Positions 45,524 through 53,416 of a stretch of 64,000 nucleotides of DNA are shown here, one piece after another. The stretch comes from an uncultured Bacteroidota bacterium (lineage in GTDB: Bacteria > Bacteroidota > Ignavibacteria > Kryptoniales > JAKASW01). Position 1 is the stretch's first letter; each line of letters begins with the position of its first letter. Both the position numbers and the translations under genes were made by a program. Under the pieces are notes generated by a model, which saw only the letters and a program-made list of their open reading frames with translations, ran no database searches and had not been told where the DNA came from. Location: positions 1,975 through 65,974 of the forward strand of contig CAZRXH010000001.1 of assembly GCA_964603995.1 (NCBI GenBank), given 5' to 3'.

Positions 45524-46273
45524 TCATACCTGCCCCACCTGGTTTGCATCGCCGAGTGAGGTGTCCTGACTCCTGATGGCTTTCTGTCCCGCTTCGAAAT
45601 CCTGCTGGAGCTGAATCATCGCAACCATCTCGTCGATGGGGTTTACGTTGGATCCTTCCAGATAGCCCTGGCGGACACTAACGGCAGAAGGGCTTGCATC
45701 CTGCAGAGCGGCGCCATCGTTCAAAGAGTATAAATTCGCGCCCGCCTTTGAGATGTCGCTGTAACTCGCCGGCACCGCGATCTTGAGCTGGCCATAGACT
45801 TCATTTCCCGCCTTGACGACACCACTGCGATCTACGACAAGCTGGCTTGCCTGAGTTTGCTGTATGTTGCTGATCCTGATAGGGCCGCCAACTCCCATGA
45901 CGGTTGCGCCGTCCCGTGTCTGAAGCGTTCCGTCGGTTGACAATGTGAACGAACCGTCTCGGGTCAGCCGGATTCCGTTCTGAGTCTGAACCTCGAAGAA
46001 TCCCTGACCGTCCAGTGCAAGGTCCAGCGGGTTGTTTGTCTGCTGCAAAGTCCCCTGTGAAAAATCGGTGTAAGTCTGGTCTTTCACGTCTTTCTGGGTC
46101 GGGTCGACGGTTCCGTCGCGGAGCAGAGTGCTCGCGGAGATCAGCTCGTTTGTGAACGCGTCATCCCTCTTGAAGGCGGTGGTATCAACGTTCGCCAGGT
46201 TGTTCGCGATAACCTCCAGCCGTTTCTGAAGAGGAATCAGCCCGAGGGCGCTCGTGTAGATCCCTTTGATCAT
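45524..46273 (-). CDS. flgF: flagellar proximal rod protein FlgF (FlgG paralogue)
   Basis: MIKGIYTSALGL...IANNLANVDTTAFKRD and C-terminus GYLEGSNVNPIDEMVAMI. Confidence 0.8.
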   Translation of the reverse strand: MIKGIYTSALGLIPLQKRLEVIANNLANVDTTAFKRDDAFTNELISASTLLRDGTVDPTQKDVKDQTYTDFSQGTLQQTNNPLDLALDGQGFFEVQTQNGIRLTRDGSFTLSTDGTLQTRDGATVMGVGGPIRISNIQQTQASQLVVDRSGVVKAGNEVYGQLKIAVPASYSDISKAGANLYSLNDGAALQDASPSAVSVRQGYLEGSNVNPIDEMVAMIQLQQDFEAGQKAIRSQDTSLGDANQVGQV

Positions 46274-46941
46274 CGCCGCCCTCCTCCGTTTTGTTGAGCC
46301 GCCCTCGAGTTCGCTATCTTGCTCCTTTTCAGTGCGAGGATCAGTTCTAGCTCTCCCTTGCCCATGTTCAGCTGCCGTGCGAGAATATTGAGATCTGATT
46401 GTTCACTAACGAGAGCGAATGCTTCTTTGAATTTCGTGCCCGACTGTTTCGCTGCCTGAGAAGCATAGGAGATCGCGAAATTCAGCCGCTCGGATTCCAT
46501 CCCGTGTGTCCTCGCCATCTCATGAATTGCAGCGCCGGAATCCAGGTTCCCGTCATAGTCGACGTAGTACTTGCCAGCCGGCCTTTCTGCGGTCTTAATT
46601 TTCTCCCTGGCGATCTCGTTCAGTATCCTTTCGATTTCCCGCTTGGAAATAGTTTGCGGATGCTTCACGCTCATGCGCTGTGCGGAGTTGACCTTCTCCT
46701 TCTGCTCTTTCATCAGGCGCCTGGCACGTATTACCAGAACTATGAGCAGACCGGTCATCGCCAGAATCATGGCAAGCTCCAGGATGAGAACGAAATCCGA
46801 GACTCCGAAAATGCGTTCCGCGAAGCTCTGGGTGGCGTTCGATCCGGTGTTCAGTGCGGCGCGGTCCATATCCCGCGATACCAGCGCTCTAATATTGACT
46901 GCGGTTGTGTCGGAGAACAAAATCATCAACATGCCGAACAT
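46270..46941 (-). CDS. hypothetical single-TM protein inside the flagellar operon
   Basis: 223 aa with one TM (FVLILELAMILAMTGLLIVLVI). I recognise no family. Both ends overlap the neighbouring genes. Confidence 0.6.
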   Translation of the reverse strand: MFGMLMILFSDTTAVNIRALVSRDMDRAALNTGSNATQSFAERIFGVSDFVLILELAMILAMTGLLIVLVIRARRLMKEQKEKVNSAQRMSVKHPQTISKREIERILNEIAREKIKTAERPAGKYYVDYDGNLDSGAAIHEMARTHGMESERLNFAISYASQAAKQSGTKFKEAFALVSEQSDLNILARQLNMGKGELELILALKRSKIANSRAAQQNGGGRR

Positions 46942-48371
46942 CAGTTTATCCCTCCATTGGTTGGAGCGGCGTTTCCTTTTACCGGAAGTGTAATCGTGAA
47001 CGTCGTGCCCCTTCCTTCAACGCTGTCCACCTTCATTTCGCCGCCGAATTTTCTCACAATACCTCTAGTTATCGGGAGCCCAAGCCCGGTTCCCTTTCCC
47101 ACTTCCTTCGTCGTAAAAAACGGCTCGAAGATCTTTGATAGGTTTTCCTTCTTTATGCCTGTGCCGGAATCGGAGAACCTGATATTGATCTTTTCATCAA
47201 CACATTCTGTCAGAATGACCATCTCCCCACCGTCCGGCATGGCGTCCTTCGCATTTATCAGCAGGTTCAGGAAAGCCTGCTGCAAATAGTTCTTGTTGGA
47301 CTCGAGCGGCGGGACATCGTCGGAAAACCGCAGATCGAACTCTATGCCACGGTTCTTGAACTGATAATCCACAAGCGAAATGATCTCGGTCAGCGCCCAG
47401 TTCACATTTACCAGCTCATGCTCCAGCTCCTCCGGAACGCTCCGCGAGAACGAAACAAGTTGTCGGGTGATCTGCGCGATCCGCTGGACCTGGTTCCGGA
47501 CAATCTCGATGCGGTGCTCAATGTCCTTCCCCTGCTGGAGAAGAGCGATGTGACCGAGAAGAATCTGCAGCGGATTATTGATCTCGTGCGCGATACCACC
47601 GGCAAGTTCCCCGAGGGAAGCGAGCTTCGCAGCCTGCAGCATCTGCGCCTGTGATTTCTTGAGCTCTTCTGCAGCATTCATCAGCCTGTCGATGTTGTGA
47701 AGATTCTCAATGGCTACCGCAGCCTGGTTCGCCAGAATTCCAAGAAGCATAAGTTCGTGATCGGAGAGCGTCCTGTGAACTTTCTCTGTGTGGATGATAT
47801 AGACTCCTATCGCCTCATTGCGCAGGACAAGAGGAACCACCACGAAACTCCTGGCACCTGCTTCTCCGACTGAAGTGTTTAGATCCGGAACAACCGTGGT
47901 CTTCTTCTGCTCTATTACCCAGTCCAGAATACCTTCTTCCAGTAGATGTTGGGACGCAGTCAGCATGTGGTCCGAACAGGCTGGAAGGAACGGCTTTGCA
48001 TTCGGCCTGGACTTCTCGACTTCAAATATCATGCTTTCTTCGACCGGAATGACCTGACGCGTAAGCTCGAGGAGCGAATCAAAAACCAACACAGGATCTG
48101 TAGCTGTACTTATCGTGTTCCCCAGCCGTTGCATGGCGACTAACTGATCGACTGTTTGCTTTATGTTGGTTTCGGTTTTTTCATGGAAATCTATCTTTGT
48201 CTTGAGCATCTGGATGGTGGTTTCAAGCGCACGAATGTAGCTTTCGCGCGTCTCCATAAAGCGCTCTATCACGGCGGCAGCATTTTGCATGTCCAACTGG
48301 CCGCTGTCGTTCTGTACTTCCCGTCCTATCATCTCGTCCCTCTTCATCTTCCCCTCCGATAAGCGAATCAT
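46941..48371 (-). CDS. soluble sensor histidine kinase with GAF domain
   Basis: H-box (IAHEINNPLQ), N box (NLLINAKDAM), G boxes (DSGTGI, GTGLGLPI), and an upstream GAF-like region. Confidence 0.85.
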   Translation of the reverse strand: MIRLSEGKMKRDEMIGREVQNDSGQLDMQNAAAVIERFMETRESYIRALETTIQMLKTKIDFHEKTETNIKQTVDQLVAMQRLGNTISTATDPVLVFDSLLELTRQVIPVEESMIFEVEKSRPNAKPFLPACSDHMLTASQHLLEEGILDWVIEQKKTTVVPDLNTSVGEAGARSFVVVPLVLRNEAIGVYIIHTEKVHRTLSDHELMLLGILANQAAVAIENLHNIDRLMNAAEELKKSQAQMLQAAKLASLGELAGGIAHEINNPLQILLGHIALLQQGKDIEHRIEIVRNQVQRIAQITRQLVSFSRSVPEELEHELVNVNWALTEIISLVDYQFKNRGIEFDLRFSDDVPPLESNKNYLQQAFLNLLINAKDAMPDGGEMVILTECVDEKINIRFSDSGTGIKKENLSKIFEPFFTTKEVGKGTGLGLPITRGIVRKFGGEMKVDSVEGRGTTFTITLPVKGNAAPTNGGIN

Positions 48372-49228
48372 ATGATGTTTATGAAAGTTCGTTCGAGGTC
48401 TTCATGGAGTTTCGTGCCAAATGTATCATAGAAGGCCTGAGTTATCTCCGCCTCGGAGATGTTCAGAATCCTAAGCGCTTCCGGGTCGAAGCTATCGATC
48501 TTCTCATAAGAATGTGCCCCCAACCCGAGCTTGTGGCAAAGGTAGTCGACAAAATGAATCAGTGCTGTCAGCTGCGGATTTCTCTCAGCGAGTCCCGGTC
48601 GGTGATGGAATTTTATCGACTCGATAAGCTGATCCGGAAGATTCCACCGTTCGGCGAGCCATGCACCTATGTCGCCATGAGTTGCGAATAGAACTGCCTG
48701 TTCCATGTCCTGGAAAGTCGATTTCCCATCTGTCACGGCCCTCACAATTTGCGCGTAGTCTTCGTGAAAGTACTGGTGTGTCACCAAGATCCCTATGTCG
48801 TGTATGAGTCCGGCGACAAAAGACTCCCCGCTGATCCTGTAGCCAAGCTGCCTCGCCAGAGTACGTGCGGCGATCCCGGTCGCAAGCGAATGTTCCCAGA
48901 ACTCCTTCGAATTGAAGTACTTGTCCTTCTTCTTCTTGAACGCGCTTATCAGAGAGATGCTGATGAGTATCTCCTTCAGCGAGTCGAAACCCAACACCAT
49001 GATCGCAAAGTCCAGCGTAGAGATTTTTCTCTGGAATCCGTAAAACGGGGAATTCGCTATCTTGAGCACCTTGGCCGTCAGAACCTGGTCGGCGGAGATG
49101 ACCTGGGTCAGTTTCGAAATGCTCGTGTTTGGATTATCGATCAGCGAGGCTACTTCGACGGCTATCGTCGGAAGCGCCGGGAGCTGAATTATGTTTTGGA
49201 CTTTTTCTTTTAAAATCGCATTTTCCAT
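48368..49228 (-). CDS. HDOD domain protein
   Basis: LPALPTIAVEV...DQVLTAKVLKIANSPFYG...HDIG pattern. Confidence 0.85.
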   Translation of the reverse strand: MENAILKEKVQNIIQLPALPTIAVEVASLIDNPNTSISKLTQVISADQVLTAKVLKIANSPFYGFQRKISTLDFAIMVLGFDSLKEILISISLISAFKKKKDKYFNSKEFWEHSLATGIAARTLARQLGYRISGESFVAGLIHDIGILVTHQYFHEDYAQIVRAVTDGKSTFQDMEQAVLFATHGDIGAWLAERWNLPDQLIESIKFHHRPGLAERNPQLTALIHFVDYLCHKLGLGAHSYEKIDSFDPEALRILNISEAEITQAFYDTFGTKLHEDLERTFINII

Positions 49229-50373
49229 TGGTCCAACCTATTGGTTAAGATTGCGCGTTCTGCCATCTGCTGAAGCACAGAGACTGCGTTCTTGTAATAC
49301 TCCGCCACCTTCGCTTCATCGTAGCCGAGAACGGTTGCCACCTGTCTTAACTCCAATCCCTCATAAAGCTTCAGGGTGATCACAAGCCTTTCAGTCGCTG
49401 GAAGCAGCTTGATGGCGTCTTTGAAAAACCTCTTGAGTGTTCCGTCATCTATTTCGTCTTCCGTCTCTCCGGAAGGTTCGTTGCTGGGCACCTCAGGTCC
49501 GGCCCCCGGAACGAAATCGGTGGTGGGTACCTTCACCTTCACCAGCGTGGATGAGCCGTCTATGTACTTCGCTGCGAGCGCCTTTGGAGAAATGCCCAGC
49601 TTTTCGATCCCGATCAGCTGAACCGCCGCAACGTCAAACTTGATGGGCTGGTCGGCACATGAATAACCGGTCGACGAAGCGATCCTGCTTGCAACATGGA
49701 CTATCGCAGTGAGCTCCGGGTTGATCTCCGCATAGGCCGGAGTATGATGGAGCCGGATCGCCTCAACGAGGTATCCCGGAAAACTCCACTTCGACGCAAG
49801 CCACGCTCCGACCTCGCTGTGCGTTGTGCCGGCGACCAATACTTCTGCCTGAGACAGCTGCACGCCGTCTTCGCTTACCAATCGCTGTATCTCTTCAAAG
49901 TCCTCCCGGAAGTACTTGTAAAATACCAGTGTGCCGATATCGTGCAGAAGGCCTGCCGCGTATGCTTCACCTGGAATCCGGTACTTCACATCTCTCGCGA
50001 GCGAGCGTCCTGCCGAAGCAGTATCAATCGCGTGCTTCCAGAACTTCCTTGGATCAAAGTTCTTCACGCCGCTCCCCCTGAAGAGATCGATGAGAGTGAG
50101 AGACAGAACGGTCTCACGAAGGGTTTCGAACCCCATCGCCACGATTGCCCACTCGACGGTCGAGATCTTTCTTGCGAAGCCATAGTATGGGGAGTTCGCC
50201 GCTCTGAGTATTTTGGTCGCCAGAGGCGGATCTTTCGAAATTATTCTTGCCAATTCCGCCGCACTGCTTTCGGAATCGCTCGCGAGGCGCATCACTTCAA
50301 GCGCGGTCGTCGGAAATGTCGGCAAGTCTCTTATAGATGTCAATTTTTCAGTCAATTGTCCGACCCCTATCAT
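49210..50373 (-). CDS. HDOD domain fused to C-terminal sigma-70 region 4-like HTH
   Basis: The N-terminus (LPTFPTTALEV...DPPLATKILRAANSPYYG...HDIG) is an HDOD domain. The C-terminus (LLPATERLVITLKLYEGLELRQVATVLGYDEAKVAEYYKNAVSVLQQ) is a region 4-like HTH. 4-bp overlap with fliA. Confidence 0.8.
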   Translation of the reverse strand: MIGVGQLTEKLTSIRDLPTFPTTALEVMRLASDSESSAAELARIISKDPPLATKILRAANSPYYGFARKISTVEWAIVAMGFETLRETVLSLTLIDLFRGSGVKNFDPRKFWKHAIDTASAGRSLARDVKYRIPGEAYAAGLLHDIGTLVFYKYFREDFEEIQRLVSEDGVQLSQAEVLVAGTTHSEVGAWLASKWSFPGYLVEAIRLHHTPAYAEINPELTAIVHVASRIASSTGYSCADQPIKFDVAAVQLIGIEKLGISPKALAAKYIDGSSTLVKVKVPTTDFVPGAGPEVPSNEPSGETEDEIDDGTLKRFFKDAIKLLPATERLVITLKLYEGLELRQVATVLGYDEAKVAEYYKNAVSVLQQMAERAILTNRLDQWKMRF

Positions 50374-51098
50374 GATTCAACAGCCTTTCTCAGCTGCTCT
50401 TTCAGTTTTGAAATCACTTCCGAATGTATCTGGGAGACTCTGGATTCACTGATCCCAAGAGTTTTCCCTATTTCTTTGAAAGTGAGCTCTTCATAGTAGT
50501 AGAGCGTAATAACCATTCTCTCCCTTTCAGGAAGCGATTTGAGGATTTTGACAAGCTGTTCTTTGAGCTCCTCGTCTTCGAATTGTTCAATTACCTCGCT
50601 GTCGCTCCCGATTACATCCTCGAGAGTCATGTCCTCGCCGATTGTCTTAGTCAAAGACACCGCTTCGGCGTTCGCGAGATATCCTTTGATCTGTTCAAAT
50701 TCACCTATGCTCATGTTGATGGCGCGGGTGTATTTTTCGCCGTTGATGCTGTCCATGTTGAGTTCGCTCAGGGACTTGGAGGCTTTCTTATATTTGTCCC
50801 GCACCGATCTCGGAAGCCAGTCCACCTTCCTTATCTCGTCAAGCATGACACCTCGGATCCTCTGAGACGCGAACGTTTCAAATTTCACGCCCCGGTAGGG
50901 GTCGAACCTTTCTATGGCTTCGACCAGCCCGATTATTCCTATGCTTATCAGGTCATCGTTGTTGAAGATGCACTTGGACGGGAGGTTAATCGCACGCGCC
51001 GCGAACTTGACGAGATTCAAATAGGAAAGCACAAGCTCTTTCTTCAGCGTCGTGGTCTTATGCTTGGAGTATTTCTTCCAGAGCTCTTGAGTAGTCAT
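50370..51098 (-). CDS. fliA: flagellar sigma factor sigma-28
   Basis: Regions 2, 3 and 4 of the FliA/SigD type (RFDPYRGVKFETFASQRIRGVMLDEIRK...LPERERMVITLYYYEELTFKEIGKTLGISESRVSQIH), downstream of flhF-flhG. Confidence 0.9.
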   Translation of the reverse strand: MTTQELWKKYSKHKTTTLKKELVLSYLNLVKFAARAINLPSKCIFNNDDLISIGIIGLVEAIERFDPYRGVKFETFASQRIRGVMLDEIRKVDWLPRSVRDKYKKASKSLSELNMDSINGEKYTRAINMSIGEFEQIKGYLANAEAVSLTKTIGEDMTLEDVIGSDSEVIEQFEDEELKEQLVKILKSLPERERMVITLYYYEELTFKEIGKTLGISESRVSQIHSEVISKLKEQLRKAVES

Positions 51099-51364
51099 GC
51101 CTGCATCCCGACTTTCTTCTCCTGCAGCGGCGCGTTCTGCACGCGCTCATCGGCAGCGGAGACTTTCATTGTTTCTGATCTGTTCTTCTGGAGAGTTAGG
51201 AAAAACATAAACAACATCGTAAGGACAAGGATAATGATGGCCACACCGAACGCGAGCATGAAGGACCTTACTATCGCGTCCACGACGTCAAACCCATTTG
51301 AAGCGAAATAGACAACTCCCAGAAAGAATATCAACATGGGTATTTTTATTCCTAGCTTGTCCAT
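51095..51364 (-). CDS. small two-TM hypothetical protein between flhG and fliA
   Basis: 89 aa with two hydrophobic helices. Overlapping start/stop codons with both neighbours. Confidence 0.55.
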   Translation of the reverse strand: MDKLGIKIPMLIFFLGVVYFASNGFDVVDAIVRSFMLAFGVAIIILVLTMLFMFFLTLQKNRSETMKVSAADERVQNAPLQEKKVGMQA

Positions 51365-52188
51365 TACTTTTTCTTTCCAAAAGATCCTTTAGATAGAATT
51401 CTGTCTGCGATAGTCTTCATCGCCTGTGACGATGGCGAATCCGGAAACTCCTGCATGAGCGGTGACTGGACACTTACCGCCTTTTCGACCGAAGAATCCG
51501 AAGGGATGAAACCCGCATAATCTATCTTCATACTGAGAAAATGCTCGCTCACCAGGTCGAACTTTGTCTTGACTTCTTCAGCCTGCGCCGCGTCCTGTGC
51601 TCTGTTGATGAGAAGCTTCAAGTCAGCGCTGGAATCTATTCTCTTGATCGCCTTCACAAGTACATAAGCGTCCATGACCGCCGTCGGCTCGGGTGTCGAC
51701 ACAACCAGCACCTCGTCGGAGAGAAGCGCAAGGGAAATGGATTCCTGAACGATTCCGGCCGCCGTATCGATGACGATATAATGGAACGCCGGTTCGGCAA
51801 GCCTTACTTCACGGAAGAATGTTGCTGCGTCTCCGGAACTCAGCCTCTTCAGCTTTCCGTCTGAGGAGCCTGCGAGCAGGAAGGCATTCCGTGATATCTC
51901 GGCGACTGCATCCCCGAGCCTCACGGAGCCATCGATGACGTCGAACAACCTGTGCGAAGGCGACACACCTGAAAGAATATCAAGGTTGGAAAGATTTACG
52001 TTGCCGTCTACGATAAGGACCCGGGCACCGTCGCGTGCCAGTGCTAATCCGAGATTCAGGGCTATGTTGCTCTTTCCGACGCCGCCCTTTCCGCTGATCA
52101 CCGTTATCTTGTGCGGTTGTGCTCCCAATGGAACGACCGTAGTTTGTGCGTTCACTACTTCTCTCAATCTCACTGCTTGATCAAACAT
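51364..52188 (-). CDS. flhG: MinD/ParA-type flagellar number regulator FlhG
   Basis: Deviant Walker A (SGKGGVGKS), downstream of flhF. Confidence 0.85.
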   Translation of the reverse strand: MFDQAVRLREVVNAQTTVVPLGAQPHKITVISGKGGVGKSNIALNLGLALARDGARVLIVDGNVNLSNLDILSGVSPSHRLFDVIDGSVRLGDAVAEISRNAFLLAGSSDGKLKRLSSGDAATFFREVRLAEPAFHYIVIDTAAGIVQESISLALLSDEVLVVSTPEPTAVMDAYVLVKAIKRIDSSADLKLLINRAQDAAQAEEVKTKFDLVSEHFLSMKIDYAGFIPSDSSVEKAVSVQSPLMQEFPDSPSSQAMKTIADRILSKGSFGKKK

Positions 52189-53416
52189 TCGCCTCGGCTC
52201 CGACTTTGTAAATCATTCTCGAGAGTTTGTCTCCAGATGCCGGTTCTATATCATCCGGCACGCTCTGTCCGTCGGTCACGAAAGAAAACGGAAGCCTCGA
52301 ATCGTGCGCAAGGCTGAGGAGCATCCCGAGCGAAACCGCCTCGTCGATTTTTGTAACGATCAGCCTGTTGGGTTTCAGGCTCTTGAATTTCTTGTATATG
52401 TCACGGACGGTACTGAGCGAGAAGTTTGCGCTCAAAACCAGGTGGACCTCATTAGGATCCGCAGCGTCGATGAACCTGCCGAGCTCCATGATCTTGTCCG
52501 CACTTCGCTGGCTCCTGCCAACCGTGTCGATGTAGATGGTGTCATAAGTTGAATACTTTTTGATCGCAGCTATCATCTCGTCAGGCGTGTACACCACGGA
52601 TAACGGGATCGAGGCTATGTCGGCAAATGCCTTCAACTGGTCTATCGCGCCGATCCTGTATGTGTCCGCAGTGATCAGGGCAACATTCTCTCCTTTCAGG
52701 AGCTTCCCTATCGAGGCTAGCTTTGCCACTGTCGTGGTTTTGCCGACACCGGTAGGCCCTACCAGTGCGATTACATATCCCTTTCTTCCGAGCTTGCGGA
52801 CCGGAGCATCAGGAAGCCGATGCGCTATGGAGTTCAATATGAAGCTATCGACCGCAAGCTGGTTCTCAATTTCGTCTCCATCGAGTTTGTTGTTACATGC
52901 CTGGACTATCTCGAGCGCGAGGTCTTCTTCAACTTCATTTTCAACGAGGGATGTGTACACATTCTTGAGAGTTTCAGAAAGTACGGGCATCTTGAAGTGT
53001 TTGATGTGCTGGGCAATCTCACCCAGTGCGCTTTTCACTTCCGAAATCTCCTGTTTGAGCGCTTCGTTTTCAGCGCTGGAGACCGCCTTTGCGATCGAAA
53101 CCGTGGTGTCTTTCGGACCTCCCTCAGCTCTGCGCTTCTCTTCGAACTTCGAGGCCATCTGACGAAGGCTCCCCAGCATATCCTCGTTTGCCGCGGTGCC
53201 CGGTAGCTGCGGACTGACGACCTTCAGCTTCTGGGCGTTAATCGGCGCTTCATCGTAAGCCGCGGTAACCTCGATATATTCTACGCCGCCTGGCCGAAGG
53301 ACGCCGCCTTTTGAAATACGACGCGTATTTAGAATCACGGCGTCATCGCCAAATTCCTGCCGCATTTTTTCCGCAGCCTCTTTCGCGGTGGCTCCTACGA
53401 ACTTTTTTATTCTCAT
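52181..53416 (-). CDS. flhF: flagellar biosynthesis GTPase FlhF
   Basis: SRP-type GTPase motifs GPTGVGKTTT, DTVGR and TKIDE. Confidence 0.9.
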   Translation of the reverse strand: MRIKKFVGATAKEAAEKMRQEFGDDAVILNTRRISKGGVLRPGGVEYIEVTAAYDEAPINAQKLKVVSPQLPGTAANEDMLGSLRQMASKFEEKRRAEGGPKDTTVSIAKAVSSAENEALKQEISEVKSALGEIAQHIKHFKMPVLSETLKNVYTSLVENEVEEDLALEIVQACNNKLDGDEIENQLAVDSFILNSIAHRLPDAPVRKLGRKGYVIALVGPTGVGKTTTVAKLASIGKLLKGENVALITADTYRIGAIDQLKAFADIASIPLSVVYTPDEMIAAIKKYSTYDTIYIDTVGRSQRSADKIMELGRFIDAADPNEVHLVLSANFSLSTVRDIYKKFKSLKPNRLIVTKIDEAVSLGMLLSLAHDSRLPFSFVTDGQSVPDDIEPASGDKLSRMIYKVGAEANV

